A DNA stretch of 64,000 nt from Muribaculaceae bacterium (GCA_051878575.1 JBJEKJ010000099.1:10686-74685), one strand, 5' to 3'. Positions 1 to 10,461 are shown, counted from the first letter of the stretch. Notes: generated by a model not told the origin, from the letters alone. Translations and numbers: made by a program.

Positions 1-1
1 C

Positions 2-1063
2 GAGCTCAATAAGCGGCCGGAAGTGCAGATGGCATACTCGGCATTCAACCCATCGTTCCCGCAATATCTAATCTCTGTCGACGAGGCCAAGACCACGAAG
101 GCAGGCGTGGGAGTGTCGGGAGTGCTCAGCGTGATGCAGGGCTATCTCGGAGGTATGTATGTGTCGAACTTCAACCGCTTCGGAAAGCTCTACCGCGTGA
201 TGATGCAGGCTACGCCCGAGTCGCGCGTGTCGCCCGAGTCGCTCAAGGAGATCAAGGTGCGCACGGCAAGCGGCATGGCTCCGATATCCGACTTCGTGAC
301 GCTGAAGCGCGTGTACGGTCCCGACCTTATCAACCGCTTCAACCTCTACACCTCAATCGCCGTCAACGGTACGCCTAATGCCCAATACTCGTCGGGACAA
401 GCCATTCAGGCTATACGCGAGGTGGCCGATCAGGTGCTCCCGCAGGGCTACGGCTACGAGTTCTCGGGTCTTACCCGTGAGGAGGCCGAGCAGTCGAGCT
501 CGTCGACCACCATTATTTTCGCACTCTGCCTGCTTTTCGTCTACTTGATTCTTAGCGCACAATATGAGAGCTACATCCTGCCGCTGTCGGTAATCCTCTC
601 CATTCCGTTCGGATTGATGGGCACATTCGTATTCGCCAAGATGTTCGGTATCGACAACAATATATATCTGAAGATTGCGCTTATCATGCTTATCGGTCTT
701 CTTGCCAAGAACGCCATCCTTATCGTCGAGTTCGCCCTTGAGCGCCGACGCACGGGCATGTCGATTGTCGGGGCGGCCGTGGCAGGTGCGGCAGCGCGTC
801 TGCGACCAATCCTCATGACATCGTTGGCTATGATTATCGGTCTGTTGCCATTGATGTTCGCCCACGGTGTAGGTGCCAATGGTAACCAGGCCCTCGGTAC
901 CGGCTCAATCGGCGGTATGTTGATTGGTATGATTCTGCAAGTTCTGCTTGTTCCTTGCTTGTTTGTGATTTTCCAGGGCATACAGGAGAAGTTCTCGCCA
1001 ATCAAGTGGAAAGACACCGACAACTCCCAGATGGAGAACGAAATCGAACAATATTCTTTGTAA
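2..1063 (+). CDS. RND (AcrB/HAE1-type) efflux permease, C-terminal part; the 5' end lies outside the window
   Basis: The frame is open from the window edge. The translation shows the C-terminal TM bundle typical of AcrB/MexB (LIGLLAKNAILIVEFA, RLRPILMTSLAMIIGLLPL). An outer membrane factor gene follows. Confidence 0.9.
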   Translation, partial: ELNKRPEVQMAYSAFNPSFPQYLISVDEAKTTKAGVGVSGVLSVMQGYLGGMYVSNFNRFGKLYRVMMQATPESRVSPESLKEIKVRTASGMAPISDFVTLKRVYGPDLINRFNLYTSIAVNGTPNAQYSSGQAIQAIREVADQVLPQGYGYEFSGLTREEAEQSSSSTTIIFALCLLFVYLILSAQYESYILPLSVILSIPFGLMGTFVFAKMFGIDNNIYLKIALIMLIGLLAKNAILIVEFALERRRTGMSIVGAAVAGAAARLRPILMTSLAMIIGLLPLMFAHGVGANGNQALGTGSIGGMLIGMILQVLLVPCLFVIFQGIQEKFSPIKWKDTDNSQMENEIEQYSL

Positions 1064-1089
1064 ATACAATATATTATATATTCTGAAAA

Positions 1090-2466
1090 ATGAAGAGGAA
1101 AAACATCTCACTGCTCGTAGTCACTGTGGCAATCGCCACAGTGATGGGCAGTTGCAATATCTATAAGAAATGCGAGCTTCCACAAGAGGGTGTGGTGGGC
1201 GAATATGTGAAGGCTGCCGCCGAGCCGGTCGACTCCACAGCATTGGGAAATCTCTCATGGACGGAGATTTTCACCGATTCTCAGTTGCAATCGCTGATTA
1301 ATCAGGCTCTTGCCAACAACACCAACCTCCAGAACGCCAAGCTGAACGTCGACATTGCCCAGGCTCAGCTGCTCGGCGCCAAGCTCAGTTATCTGCCCTC
1401 GCTGGCATTCGCGCCCAACGGCTCAGGCTCCGAGGTGGGCGGCGTTCCGCTCAAGTGGGGCTATCAGTTGCCGCTATCGCTCAGCTGGGAGGTCGACATC
1501 TTCGGTCGCATCACCAACAGCAAGCGCAAGGCTAAGGCGGCATTGCTCCAAAGCGAGGCATACCGTCAGGCCACGCAGTCGCAGATTATCGGCGCGGTGG
1601 CCAACACCTACTATGCAATCGTGTCGCTCAAGAAGCAGCTTGCCATCTATCGCGAGACCTCGGAGCTTTGGCGCCAGTCGGTCGACGTGATGAAGCAGAT
1701 GAAGGAGGCCGGACGCTACACCGAGGTGGCTGTGGTGCAGAGCGAGGCCAATTATCACAGCATACTTGCCACAATTCCCTCGATAGAGCTGTCGCTGCAC
1801 GAGATGTACAACACCATGTCGCTGCTGCTCAACGTGTCGCCGCAGGAGTGGGACGTGAACACCGCGTCGGTCATCACTCTGCCCGCTACCATCAGCGAGG
1901 GCGTGCCTATGAGCTATCTTGCCGTTCGCCCCGACGTGAAAGCCGCCGAGCAGTCGTTTGCCACGGCATTCTATGCCACCAATATGGCACGCTCGGCATT
2001 CTATCCGAGCATAACGCTCTCGGCCAATGGTGGCTATGGCACGCTGATAGGCAGCTCGGTGATTGACCCTGCCAAGTGGTTCGTATCGCTCGCCGGACAG
2101 CTTGTGGCTCCGCTGTTCTCGCGCGGACAGAACATCGCCACGCTCAAGGCCGCCAAGGCTCAGCAGCAGCAGGCGCTCAACAACTTCCAGTACACGCTGC
2201 TCAGCGCAGGCTCTGAGGTGAGCAACGCCCTTGTGGCCGTCACCAAGCGCAAGGCTGCTCACGACGAGATAAAGATGCAGGTGGAGAAGATGTCGAAGGC
2301 CGTGGAGTACAACAAGGACCTCATGACCCTCAGCACTACCACCTATCTTGAGGTGCTCACCGCACAGCAGTCGTTGCTGAATTGCCAGATTTCGCTTATC
2401 AACAATGAGCTGTCGTCGAATCAGGCTGCCATCAACCTCTATCAGGCATTGGGAGGCGGCCGATAA
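1090..2466 (+). CDS. Efflux outer membrane factor lipoprotein (NodT/TolC family)
   Basis: 458 aa with a lipoprotein signal (VMGSC) and two TolC-like helical repeats. It ends with the family-typical AAINLYQALGGG and lies directly downstream of the RND permease. Confidence 0.9.
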   Translation: MKRKNISLLVVTVAIATVMGSCNIYKKCELPQEGVVGEYVKAAAEPVDSTALGNLSWTEIFTDSQLQSLINQALANNTNLQNAKLNVDIAQAQLLGAKLSYLPSLAFAPNGSGSEVGGVPLKWGYQLPLSLSWEVDIFGRITNSKRKAKAALLQSEAYRQATQSQIIGAVANTYYAIVSLKKQLAIYRETSELWRQSVDVMKQMKEAGRYTEVAVVQSEANYHSILATIPSIELSLHEMYNTMSLLLNVSPQEWDVNTASVITLPATISEGVPMSYLAVRPDVKAAEQSFATAFYATNMARSAFYPSITLSANGGYGTLIGSSVIDPAKWFVSLAGQLVAPLFSRGQNIATLKAAKAQQQQALNNFQYTLLSAGSEVSNALVAVTKRKAAHDEIKMQVEKMSKAVEYNKDLMTLSTTTYLEVLTAQQSLLNCQISLINNELSSNQAAINLYQALGGGR

Positions 2467-2501
2467 TTAGATAACAATAAAATAACTCACATAGATAGTA
2501 T

Positions 2502-3296
2502 ATGATTAGTCCATTAGCCCATGTCGACCCTTCTGCCAAATTAGGCAAAGACGTCATAGTCCATCCTTTCGCATTCATTGGTAAGAATGTGGAAATTGGC
2601 GACAACTGCGTGGTTTATCCGTTTGCGAGCATCCTGAACGGTGCCCGCATCGGTAACCGCAACAAGATATACAACGGCGCGATTATTGCCGCCGAGCCAC
2701 AGGATTTTCGCTGGAAAGGCGAGCAGTCGTATTGCTACATCGGCGACGACAATAGCATCCGCGAGCACACGATAATCAACCGCGGAATATCGCCTGAGGG
2801 CGGAACGCGCATAGGCAGCAACTCGTTTATCATGGCTGAGTCGCACATCGCGCACGACACCGTGATAGAGAACCGCGTGGTGATTGGCAACGGCGCAAGC
2901 ATCGCCCCCAACTGCCATATAGCCGGCAATACAATCCTTTCGTCGAATGTAGTGCTCCACTCAGGCAGCCATATCGGCGAGTGGGTGCTGATTAAGGGCG
3001 GATGCCGCATCAGCGGAAATGTGCCTCCTTACGTGATTATGGCCCACAACCCGGTATCGTACTATGGCGTGAACGCATTCGTGCTGCGCCACTGCAAGTT
3101 CTCCGAGGAGGCCATCGACGATGTGGCAAAGGCCTATCGCCACATCTATCAGTGCGGAACGTCGACGTTCAATGCGCTGAAGCGTATAGAAAACGATATT
3201 CAGCCATCGGCTGAACGCGATAACATCCTTAAATTCGTGCGCGACCACAAACTGAAGATTGTGGCAGTGCCGAGCCATGAAGACATAGAGGATTGA
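2502..3296 (+). CDS. lpxA: Acyl-ACP--UDP-N-acetylglucosamine O-acyltransferase
   Basis: 264 aa with left-handed beta-helix hexapeptide repeats followed by the LpxA C-terminal helical domain (GVNAFVLRHCKFSEEAIDDVAKAYRHIY). Confidence 0.9.
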   Translation: MISPLAHVDPSAKLGKDVIVHPFAFIGKNVEIGDNCVVYPFASILNGARIGNRNKIYNGAIIAAEPQDFRWKGEQSYCYIGDDNSIREHTIINRGISPEGGTRIGSNSFIMAESHIAHDTVIENRVVIGNGASIAPNCHIAGNTILSSNVVLHSGSHIGEWVLIKGGCRISGNVPPYVIMAHNPVSYYGVNAFVLRHCKFSEEAIDDVAKAYRHIYQCGTSTFNALKRIENDIQPSAERDNILKFVRDHKLKIVAVPSHEDIED

Positions 3297-3324
3297 TAGA
3301 TTTTTTTCATATTTGGTCGAAAGA

Positions 3325-3358
3325 AACGCCGTGGAGGATTTGCCCTCCACGGCGTTTT
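3325..3358. terminator. Bidirectional intrinsic terminator between lpxA (+) and the lipoprotein gene (-)
   Basis: Perfect 13-bp stem aacgccgtggagg / cctccacggcgtt with a 6-nt loop. T-runs lie on both strands. Confidence 0.75.
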
Positions 3359-3460
3359 GACTAATTGCATTCGCAAATCGCCTGTTCTTCGGAAATATTT
3401 AATGAGTTTTTCTTTTTCCTATTTGAGCTGAGAATGTGTTCAAAACTCAAAATGCGGTTA

Positions 3461-4069
3461 TCATAATCCGCGTGAGAAAGAAACTTGCGTCATAACGCCC
3501 GATTTGATTTCTACGGTAATTTTGCCGCAAGCAGTCTGGATGCCCTTGCGCATTGTCTCCCTTGCTGCTGCCACCTTCTCGGGATTATCAGGATATTTCA
3601 GAATGTTGTGATAATTCTTTGTGATCTCACCATATTTCTCACTGTTGAGCTCATTTTTCGAACCCTTTTGATAATGAGTCACCAATTTGCACACAGGTGT
3701 CATTTTAAATGAAAAAGCGTCTTGTGTCACCTCCTTGTCGTTGTTCTCGGCCACTACCTGAAGGGTGAAAGTGGTGTTGGTAGCCGATGTGATGTTGCCC
3801 AATTGCTGCTTCAAGTTGAATTTCTGGCCCGGTTCCACCTTTATTTTCTCGGATTTTCCGTTGAAATCGGTATAGACCACGTAGGTGTTGAAAAGCATGT
3901 CGATGTCACCGCCAAACACATTGCTATACTCAAGATCCACACCTATGAGTGAGCCAAGACCATCGCCGCTATCCGGCTCATTGTTGTCGTCGCCACCACA
4001 AGAAACCATGCCGAATGATAGGCATAAAGCCATCATCGCAAAAAAAATCGCTTTAAATTTTTTGTCCAT
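3461..4069 (-). CDS. Hypothetical lipoprotein
   Basis: 202 aa with signal peptide and lipobox (LSFGMVSCGGDD). It is downstream of, and on the same strand as, the TPR-LuxR regulator. AT-richer than its neighbours. Confidence 0.6.
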   Translation of the reverse strand: MDKKFKAIFFAMMALCLSFGMVSCGGDDNNEPDSGDGLGSLIGVDLEYSNVFGGDIDMLFNTYVVYTDFNGKSEKIKVEPGQKFNLKQQLGNITSATNTTFTLQVVAENNDKEVTQDAFSFKMTPVCKLVTHYQKGSKNELNSEKYGEITKNYHNILKYPDNPEKVAAARETMRKGIQTACGKITVEIKSGVMTQVSFSRGL

Positions 4070-4209
4070 AGTAAATTAATCAATTATTACATTTATAAAT
4101 GTTTGAATCGCAAAGTTACATATTATATACAAAAAGAGCAAACCGCGCGATATACAAATATATATACAACTGCGCAAAACGGCTATTTATTACGCTTTAC
4201 AAAATCATG

Positions 4210-6285
4210 CTATTTCACGCTCACGAGGGCCTGCAACACATCTTCAAGCGATTCGGCCTTGTCGAGATTCAACTTACGGCGCATGCGATGACGCATAATG
4301 TTCACACTTGTTCGTGCGATGCACATCAAGTCGACTATGTCGTCGGTGGTTTGACCCAAAGCTATCAGCATGCACAGAATCTCCTCACGGCGGGTCACAC
4401 CCGGAGCCATCTCGCGCAGCGAATTGATGAACTGCGGATACATGCACGTAAAGCGATAGCGGAATCGCGATTCACCATCCTCTCGCAATGTTTTCGGAGT
4501 GAGCGTGGTGAAACGCTTGACAGTAGCCTCATCGCTGTTAAGCTCTTTGATGCGCTCCTCCATAAGCTCACAATTATGATTCACTTCGTGCAGGTTGTCA
4601 ATGAGAGAGTCGATTTGCTGCCTTGCCATTATGCTCTTGATTTTATAGATGCGTCGCTTCACGAGCATCCATGCCACACAAAATCCGAGCAAAATGAGTA
4701 GCAACACCGATAGAGCCACATAGTATTTGATTTGCAAGTTCTTCTTCTGCACCTCCATCTCGGCAGCCATAACCTGAGCTTCATTCTTCTCGGAATGGAA
4801 TCGCAGCATCTGTCCTATTATCGAGTCGTAGGTCTTTGAGTTGTAGAAAAGACTCAGCTCCTTGTTGAGTTTGCGGGCATAAAGCTCGATTTTCTCCTTA
4901 TTGCCGGTTGATAGGTAATAATCGAGGGCAAACTTATAGGCTTTTTCCACGTATATGGGGCGCTCAGTGAGGCTAAGCAGGTTTCTCATACTGTCGAGGC
5001 TGACCTCGCATCGCTTGAAATCGCCCGCACTTCTATAGCCCTCGGCAAGGAGAAAATAGGCCTTGGCCCGTGTTTCGGCGACAAGCGATTTGGTCACCAC
5101 ATTCTCAAGCCGTCGCATTCCGGTCTCCCGGGGAATCACGATTGAGCTATCCTCTACCGACATTTCACCTATGGCGGTCTCAAGATCGGCCATTCCGCTG
5201 TCGTAGGGAAGCGAGCACAGCACGCTGTCGGCAATGTTCCAGTAAACAATCGCTGAATCCGGCTTGTTCTCCTGCCGCATTATGCGCCCTTTCATCATCA
5301 ATGCATAACCCTGCATTTTTGGGTCGCTCATTTTCCCCATCTGCTCCGACTCATAAAGCGCCTGCCGATTGTAAACCTCGGCAAACTGAGGCATGTTGTA
5401 AGTCAGGTACAAGTCGGTGAGCATCACGCATGTCCACACGATGCTTGGGCTGTCTTTGCAATCTTCGGCCACCTTGTAGCTTTTCCTATACATATCAATG
5501 GCCTTGCTCACTTCGCCGGTGCGCTGATATAGCGAGCCGAGCATCGACGTGAGCCAGTGCAATCCCATCACATCCTTTTCCGCCATGGCGATATCAAGGC
5601 AAGATTCGCACCATCTCATCACATCATTCTGCCGCTCGGGCAATTCAAAGCATGCGGCGGCGGCGTAGGTGTAGATCATAAAGCGTCGGTTGGCCGGCAG
5701 GCTGTCGGCGCCCAAAGCCATAGCCTTGTCGATGGCCTCGGCAGCATCCTTCGGCTGATAATTGCGAGAAAGGGCATATCCCAGCACGGCATAAGCGTCG
5801 GGCATCAAATATCGGGCCACTATGGGAGTGGGGTTGTCGGCTAAAGCACGCAGTCTGTCGACACAAGCCTGAGGCTCACCTTTCATTTGATAGCAATTGA
5901 GCAATTGTATCAGCGACCAGTGCGCGTTATCTTTTATTGAGCTCCACCGCACGCTCATCGTGTCGGCCGGAATTTCCACTTTCAGCACGTCATCGAATTT
6001 TACTATCGCCGAGTCCTGCTCGCCCTTGAATTCCGCTCCACGAGCCCTAAGCATGAGGCAGAACGTTTTCACATCCAAGCGGTCCTTTGCCATTGGCCCG
6101 TCTTCAATCGACGCCACTTCTCGGAGCACCGAGTCGGCATTGGATGTGGTGTAGGCTTTATCAAGTTCCGAGCATCGGCTCAGCAGCTCGTCGACTGCCG
6201 AATCCTCGTGACTTGCACAAGCTGACACTAATGTAATTAAGAACAAATTAATTACAGATAATATGATTCTATTGGCTATGTTCAT
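4210..6285 (-). CDS. Membrane-spanning one-component regulator: N-terminal anchor/lipobox, TPR-like sensor region, one internal TM helix, C-terminal LuxR-type HTH
   Basis: 691 aa. N-terminus LFLITLVSAC, then a long helical-repeat region. Internal TM helix YYVALSVLLLILLGFCVAWMLV. C-terminal GerE/LuxR HTH (REEILCMLIALGQTTDDIVDLMCIARTSVNIMRHRMRRKL). Confidence 0.75.
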   Translation of the reverse strand: MNIANRIILSVINLFLITLVSACASHEDSAVDELLSRCSELDKAYTTSNADSVLREVASIEDGPMAKDRLDVKTFCLMLRARGAEFKGEQDSAIVKFDDVLKVEIPADTMSVRWSSIKDNAHWSLIQLLNCYQMKGEPQACVDRLRALADNPTPIVARYLMPDAYAVLGYALSRNYQPKDAAEAIDKAMALGADSLPANRRFMIYTYAAAACFELPERQNDVMRWCESCLDIAMAEKDVMGLHWLTSMLGSLYQRTGEVSKAIDMYRKSYKVAEDCKDSPSIVWTCVMLTDLYLTYNMPQFAEVYNRQALYESEQMGKMSDPKMQGYALMMKGRIMRQENKPDSAIVYWNIADSVLCSLPYDSGMADLETAIGEMSVEDSSIVIPRETGMRRLENVVTKSLVAETRAKAYFLLAEGYRSAGDFKRCEVSLDSMRNLLSLTERPIYVEKAYKFALDYYLSTGNKEKIELYARKLNKELSLFYNSKTYDSIIGQMLRFHSEKNEAQVMAAEMEVQKKNLQIKYYVALSVLLLILLGFCVAWMLVKRRIYKIKSIMARQQIDSLIDNLHEVNHNCELMEERIKELNSDEATVKRFTTLTPKTLREDGESRFRYRFTCMYPQFINSLREMAPGVTRREEILCMLIALGQTTDDIVDLMCIARTSVNIMRHRMRRKLNLDKAESLEDVLQALVSVK

Positions 6286-6342
6286 TGATAATTTATGATA
6301 AGATTCTATTACAACTAATATTCATCATAGAGGGAATGGCGG

Positions 6343-6888
6343 TCACTCATCGGTGTCCATCCTGAAAATCGAGAAATTCACGCTACCATAGGTGAGGTGC
6401 CTTGTGAAGTGCGGCAACGATGAGAAATCGTAGGCCTTGCCGTGCTCTATTATCACAATAGTGTCGGGGTGGAGCATCTGCGAGTTCAATATCAGCCGGG
6501 GCACGTCGGCAAAGTTGGGCAAGTCGTAGGGCGGATCGGCGAAAACGATGTCGAACTTGCGTGTTGTCGACTCCACGAACCTGAACACGTCGCCCCTTAC
6601 CATGGTGAGGTTCTCCTCGTGGAGCATGTCGCGCACACGGCGTATGAAATTGAACTGAGTGGCCGATTTCTCCACGCAAGTCACGCCCGCGCAGCCTCTC
6701 GACAGGAACTCAAAACTGATTGCACCGGTGCCGGCAAAAAGGTCGAGAGCCGTGCAACCCTCAAAATCCACCATATTCTCAAGAACATTGAATATGTTCT
6801 CGCGGGCAAAGTCGGTGGTGGGCCGTGCCGATATGTTTTGGGGCACATCGAAGCGGCGTCGCCCGTATTTTCCACGAATTATTCGCAT
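6343..6888 (-). CDS. rsmD: 16S rRNA (guanine966-N2)-methyltransferase
   Basis: 181 aa. RPTTDFARENIFNVL, SAM motif LDLFAGTGAISFE, and catalytic DPPY. Confidence 0.85.
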   Translation of the reverse strand: MRIIRGKYGRRRFDVPQNISARPTTDFARENIFNVLENMVDFEGCTALDLFAGTGAISFEFLSRGCAGVTCVEKSATQFNFIRRVRDMLHEENLTMVRGDVFRFVESTTRKFDIVFADPPYDLPNFADVPRLILNSQMLHPDTIVIIEHGKAYDFSSLPHFTRHLTYGSVNFSIFRMDTDE

Positions 6889-7715
6889 AGCGACATTAAT
6901 ATTAAGTCAAAAGGAGCCTTCATCGCATCCATCCCAATCCGCATTGCGGCGGCAGGGAAGATTGCGGGCATCACATAGGTTACATATTCTCGCAGCATCG
7001 GCGCCACGGCCTCGCGCATGAGCTTGTCGCCGGCTATCTGTAGCTCGTCGTTGTGCACGTCGAGCGAATAGTCGTTCCACACGTTGAGCACGAAGAACAT
7101 CGCGTCCTCGGCGGTGGCGCACTCAAAGGTGTTGGCGAACGCAAACCGCCCCCGCAGGTACACCATCACGTCGGCGTAGCCATCGTGAAAATAGACAAAC
7201 TCTTTTCCAATGCCGGTGTTGCGGCACTTCTTGGCAAAGTGCTCGCACACGGCCGAGAGGTGATGTCTTATGGGCGGATTGTTGAAGGTGCGGTTGATGA
7301 ACGGCAGCAGTCCTGATGGCATCTCGAAGGCTATCCTCGCTTGGCAATGTGGCAGAGCGTCGACAGCCACGTCGCCGTCGGCCTTGCCATACATTGCCTC
7401 AAATGCGGCACGTGCTCCCGCCTCGTCGAGTCGCTCGGGCACCACCATGAACCGCCGTGAGGTATAGGCCACGTCCACCCGCTTGAAGTCGAGCAGGAAA
7501 AACGGATTGTCGTAGATGCAATTCTCGAGCGAGCGTAGGAAGTCGTCTTCGCCGTCCTCGAGCTCCACTGAGCGGCTCATAAGCGAGTTCTGCTCGATGT
7601 CGCTGTGAGCCACAAACCGCACGCTGCCGCTGTCGATTCTCAGCGACAGCCTCCACAACTCAGGATGCTGCACCTCAACGTCGATCTTATTTGATAACAA
7701 ACTCATTTGTGACAA
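6879..7715 (-). CDS. Conserved hypothetical protein (DUF3822-like, usual upstream partner of rsmD in Bacteroidetes)
   Basis: 278 aa ORF overlapping the rsmD start by 10 nt. Coding-like composition. The family assignment comes from remembered synteny only. Confidence 0.5.
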   Translation of the reverse strand: MSQMSLLSNKIDVEVQHPELWRLSLRIDSGSVRFVAHSDIEQNSLMSRSVELEDGEDDFLRSLENCIYDNPFFLLDFKRVDVAYTSRRFMVVPERLDEAGARAAFEAMYGKADGDVAVDALPHCQARIAFEMPSGLLPFINRTFNNPPIRHHLSAVCEHFAKKCRNTGIGKEFVYFHDGYADVMVYLRGRFAFANTFECATAEDAMFFVLNVWNDYSLDVHNDELQIAGDKLMREAVAPMLREYVTYVMPAIFPAAAMRIGMDAMKAPFDLILMSLCE

Positions 7716-7906
7716 TAATTACAATTTGCATTACGAAGATACGCAAATATCGTCCACAAAACAAGATTTGTACCATTTTTTCGCTCGAATCACACCGATA
7801 ATACTACGTCCGGGCGCTTTAGGGCGCTTTAGGAAGCCTTCGTTATGCATGGATTATGCATATATTATGCAATTGTGCCATAAATGGGCGATTTATTGCC
7901 AAAGTG

Positions 7907-7937
7907 TTTGCCGATAAAGAAATAATCAGTATATTTG
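7907..7937 (+). promoter_or_regulatory. Bacteroidetes sigma-A type promoter candidate for the 8055 gene
   Basis: TTTG (7907-7910), a 19-nt spacer, then TATATTTG (7930-7937). This matches the TTTG-N19-21-TAnnTTTG consensus. Confidence 0.5.
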
Positions 7938-8054
7938 TCACAAGAATATTAGTTGACATATCCGGTGCGAGGCGTGCCGGGCGTCAATATAAAAAGGTAT
8001 ATATTTCAGTGTAAGCCCTGCGTATAAAGAATTTAACTAAGAACAAGAATAAAT

Positions 8055-10427
8055 ATGAGAAAGATTTTTAGCTTATTGCTAATGCAAGGTGTTGCCGCCG
8101 TGGCCATTGCAGGTGCCCCGGCCGCCGCCGATCGTGCTAATGTGAAAGTCTATGAGGCCCCCGAGGTGATATCAACCGAGGCTTTGGGCAGTGAACTGAG
8201 GCTTCAGGTGGTGAAACTGCCCGACGGCACCCTTCGCAAGCGTGTGGTGAGCGCCTTTGGCAGCTCACAACAGCCTGCGGTGGAGATTTCGCCGAAGTCG
8301 GTGATTCGTGCCGAGGCTACGGCTCAGGGAGTGCCATTCCATGAGAATTTTGAGTCGTGGGACGGAAAGACCTACGACTGGATTCCCGAGGGATGGACCG
8401 ACGTGTCGAAAGTTGACCCACCTAACGTGGCGCCCGAGGATCATGGCATCAACCCTACGTGGCAGGTGGAGTCTCCGAGTTGGGACGTGAGCATCGACGG
8501 CAAGTATTTTGCCCGTATTGCCAACCACTATTATTCCGACAAGGAGACGGGCGCGCTCGTCAACAAGCCTCAGGATGAGTGGCTCATTACTCCCACTGTG
8601 CGGCTTGAGGAGGATAATTGGCTCTATTTCTACCTCTGCTATCACCCCGGATGGGTGTTCTTCAACTCGCAGAACTACACTTTCACGAGCTTGAACAACG
8701 TGATGCAGGTGCAGATTTCCGACGATGGAGGCGCCACATGGACGATGCTGTGGAGCTGCCTTGAGGATGCGCAGAAATACACGCAAAGGGAGCTTATGAA
8801 CAGCCTTGCGTCGCTCACCGGCACATGGATTCCGGTACGGGTGCCGCTCACCGACTATGCCGGCAAGGATGTGAAGGTGGCCTTCAGATATGTGGGCATC
8901 AACGGCGAGTCGATGGTTATCGACGCCGTGTCGATAAAGAAGCCCGAGCCACAGGCTTACTACACGATACCTATCGGCTCGTTCTATAGCGGTTTCGACG
9001 TGAACCAGACATTGCCCGAGAAAAGCAGCCTGCTGTGCGGGCCGTTCAAGCCCATCACATTCTACAATGTGTCGAATATCGACTGCGAGACCTTCAAGTG
9101 GGAGTATGTCGATGAGGACGGCAATAAGGCTGAGACCGACGCCGAGGACCTGAGCGTGACCTATGAGCCCGGAGAGTATGACGTCCCGTCGCTGACCGGA
9201 ACCGCCGGAACAAATGCCACCTCGACGTATGCAATCGACTGCGACTTCATACGCGCCGGTGGCAGCAATGCCGTGACCACAGCCGAAGGAAAGGTGGAAT
9301 ACGGCGCCTGCAACTATAATACGAAAAAAGGCGTGGGCTACTACAACGTGTCGGGAAGTTTCCTTTTCGGAACCGGCAGCGACAGCTTCTGGACGTCGTA
9401 TATCAATATGGACAACGTGAAGGTGAAGCTGACGGCTATCTGCAACTATTTCCCCGCTCCCAACCACTCCTATTGCTTCGACAAGGTGTGGGTGAGCGCC
9501 ATTGCGTTCGCCAAGCCTGAGGCTATGTTCTCGCTTGAAATCAGAAGGGTGCTCGGCAACGGTACTATCGAGAGTACTCCGATTGCGGTGGCCGATTGCC
9601 GCGGCTCGGATCTTATCAATACCACTCGCGACGGAATCATCTATGCAACCTTGCCTTTCGACCTCGGACGCTATGTGACAGTCGACACCGGCTTGTTCAT
9701 GAAGCTCACCGGATTCACCGACGCACAGAATGTGTCGGAGTTTGCCGCGCTCAGCCAGCTTGTGCCAAATGCCGATGGCACAAACTATGCCTATATCTAC
9801 CTCACCGGATACCTCGGCGACCAGACCGACGACCTGCTGATTCCGGCATCGCACATCAATAGCTCGGCAGGTGTGCTTAACACTGCCATGTGCTTCAATA
9901 TGAACGCCAATTTCACTTGGATTGAGTGCAACGACCCATATTTCTATGCTGCCGAGCAGAAGCAGTCGAAGGGACTGAAATTCTACACTCAGTTCCGTGC
10001 CGAGGACTTCACTATCACCGGCGATGGTGTGGGCGATTGGATTACATATAAGTTTGGAACTTATAATGAGGAGACGAGCCAGCAGCTGCTCACGCTCACC
10101 GTGGCTGAGAACACCGGGCACAATCGCCAGAGCGACGTGTCGGTGTCGGTTCCGGGCTCCACTTGCGTGGTGCAGGTGATGCAGGACGGCCCGCTGGGTG
10201 GTGTGGCTGCCGTGAAGATTACGAAGTCGGCAAGATTTGAGGGCGAGAACCTCGTTCTCACCGGAGCCGGAGGCACCACGGTGGCCGTCTACAACGCTAT
10301 GGGTGTGAAACTTGCCGAGCAGGCAGTGGAAGGCGACAATGCCGTTGTGGGCGTGCCTGTGGCAGCATCGTCGGGACTCTATGTGCTTAAGTTCAGCGAC
10401 GGAACGGCAGTGAAAGTGATTAGATAA
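8055..10427 (+). CDS. Secreted T9SS cargo protein with choice-of-anchor-J-like N-terminal domain, BACON-like module and Por/T9SS C-terminal sorting domain
   Basis: 790 aa with a signal peptide. FHENFESWDGKTYDWIPEGWTD motif. BACON-like segment (DWITYKF...NRQSDVSVSV...VQVMQ). C-terminal sorting domain ending GLYVLKFSDGTAVKVIR. Confidence 0.7.
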   Translation: MRKIFSLLLMQGVAAVAIAGAPAAADRANVKVYEAPEVISTEALGSELRLQVVKLPDGTLRKRVVSAFGSSQQPAVEISPKSVIRAEATAQGVPFHENFESWDGKTYDWIPEGWTDVSKVDPPNVAPEDHGINPTWQVESPSWDVSIDGKYFARIANHYYSDKETGALVNKPQDEWLITPTVRLEEDNWLYFYLCYHPGWVFFNSQNYTFTSLNNVMQVQISDDGGATWTMLWSCLEDAQKYTQRELMNSLASLTGTWIPVRVPLTDYAGKDVKVAFRYVGINGESMVIDAVSIKKPEPQAYYTIPIGSFYSGFDVNQTLPEKSSLLCGPFKPITFYNVSNIDCETFKWEYVDEDGNKAETDAEDLSVTYEPGEYDVPSLTGTAGTNATSTYAIDCDFIRAGGSNAVTTAEGKVEYGACNYNTKKGVGYYNVSGSFLFGTGSDSFWTSYINMDNVKVKLTAICNYFPAPNHSYCFDKVWVSAIAFAKPEAMFSLEIRRVLGNGTIESTPIAVADCRGSDLINTTRDGIIYATLPFDLGRYVTVDTGLFMKLTGFTDAQNVSEFAALSQLVPNADGTNYAYIYLTGYLGDQTDDLLIPASHINSSAGVLNTAMCFNMNANFTWIECNDPYFYAAEQKQSKGLKFYTQFRAEDFTITGDGVGDWITYKFGTYNEETSQQLLTLTVAENTGHNRQSDVSVSVPGSTCVVQVMQDGPLGGVAAVKITKSARFEGENLVLTGAGGTTVAVYNAMGVKLAEQAVEGDNAVVGVPVAASSGLYVLKFSDGTAVKVIR

Positions 10428-10461
10428 TAGATATTACATCTCCAAAAAACATAAGGAATAT

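Noticed and set aside
4099-4701. 200-aa plus-strand ORF overlapping the 3' part of the TPR-LuxR regulator gene
   Set aside because: It is antisense to a gene with a clear LuxR HTH, and I saw no motifs in its own translation.
8265-10121. 618-aa ORF on the minus strand, antisense to the 8055-10427 gene
   Set aside because: This is a typical shadow ORF of a GC-rich gene. The translation is Arg/Gly/His/Val-rich and low in complexity with no motifs, whereas the plus-strand frame has a signal peptide, domain motifs and a T9SS sorting domain.
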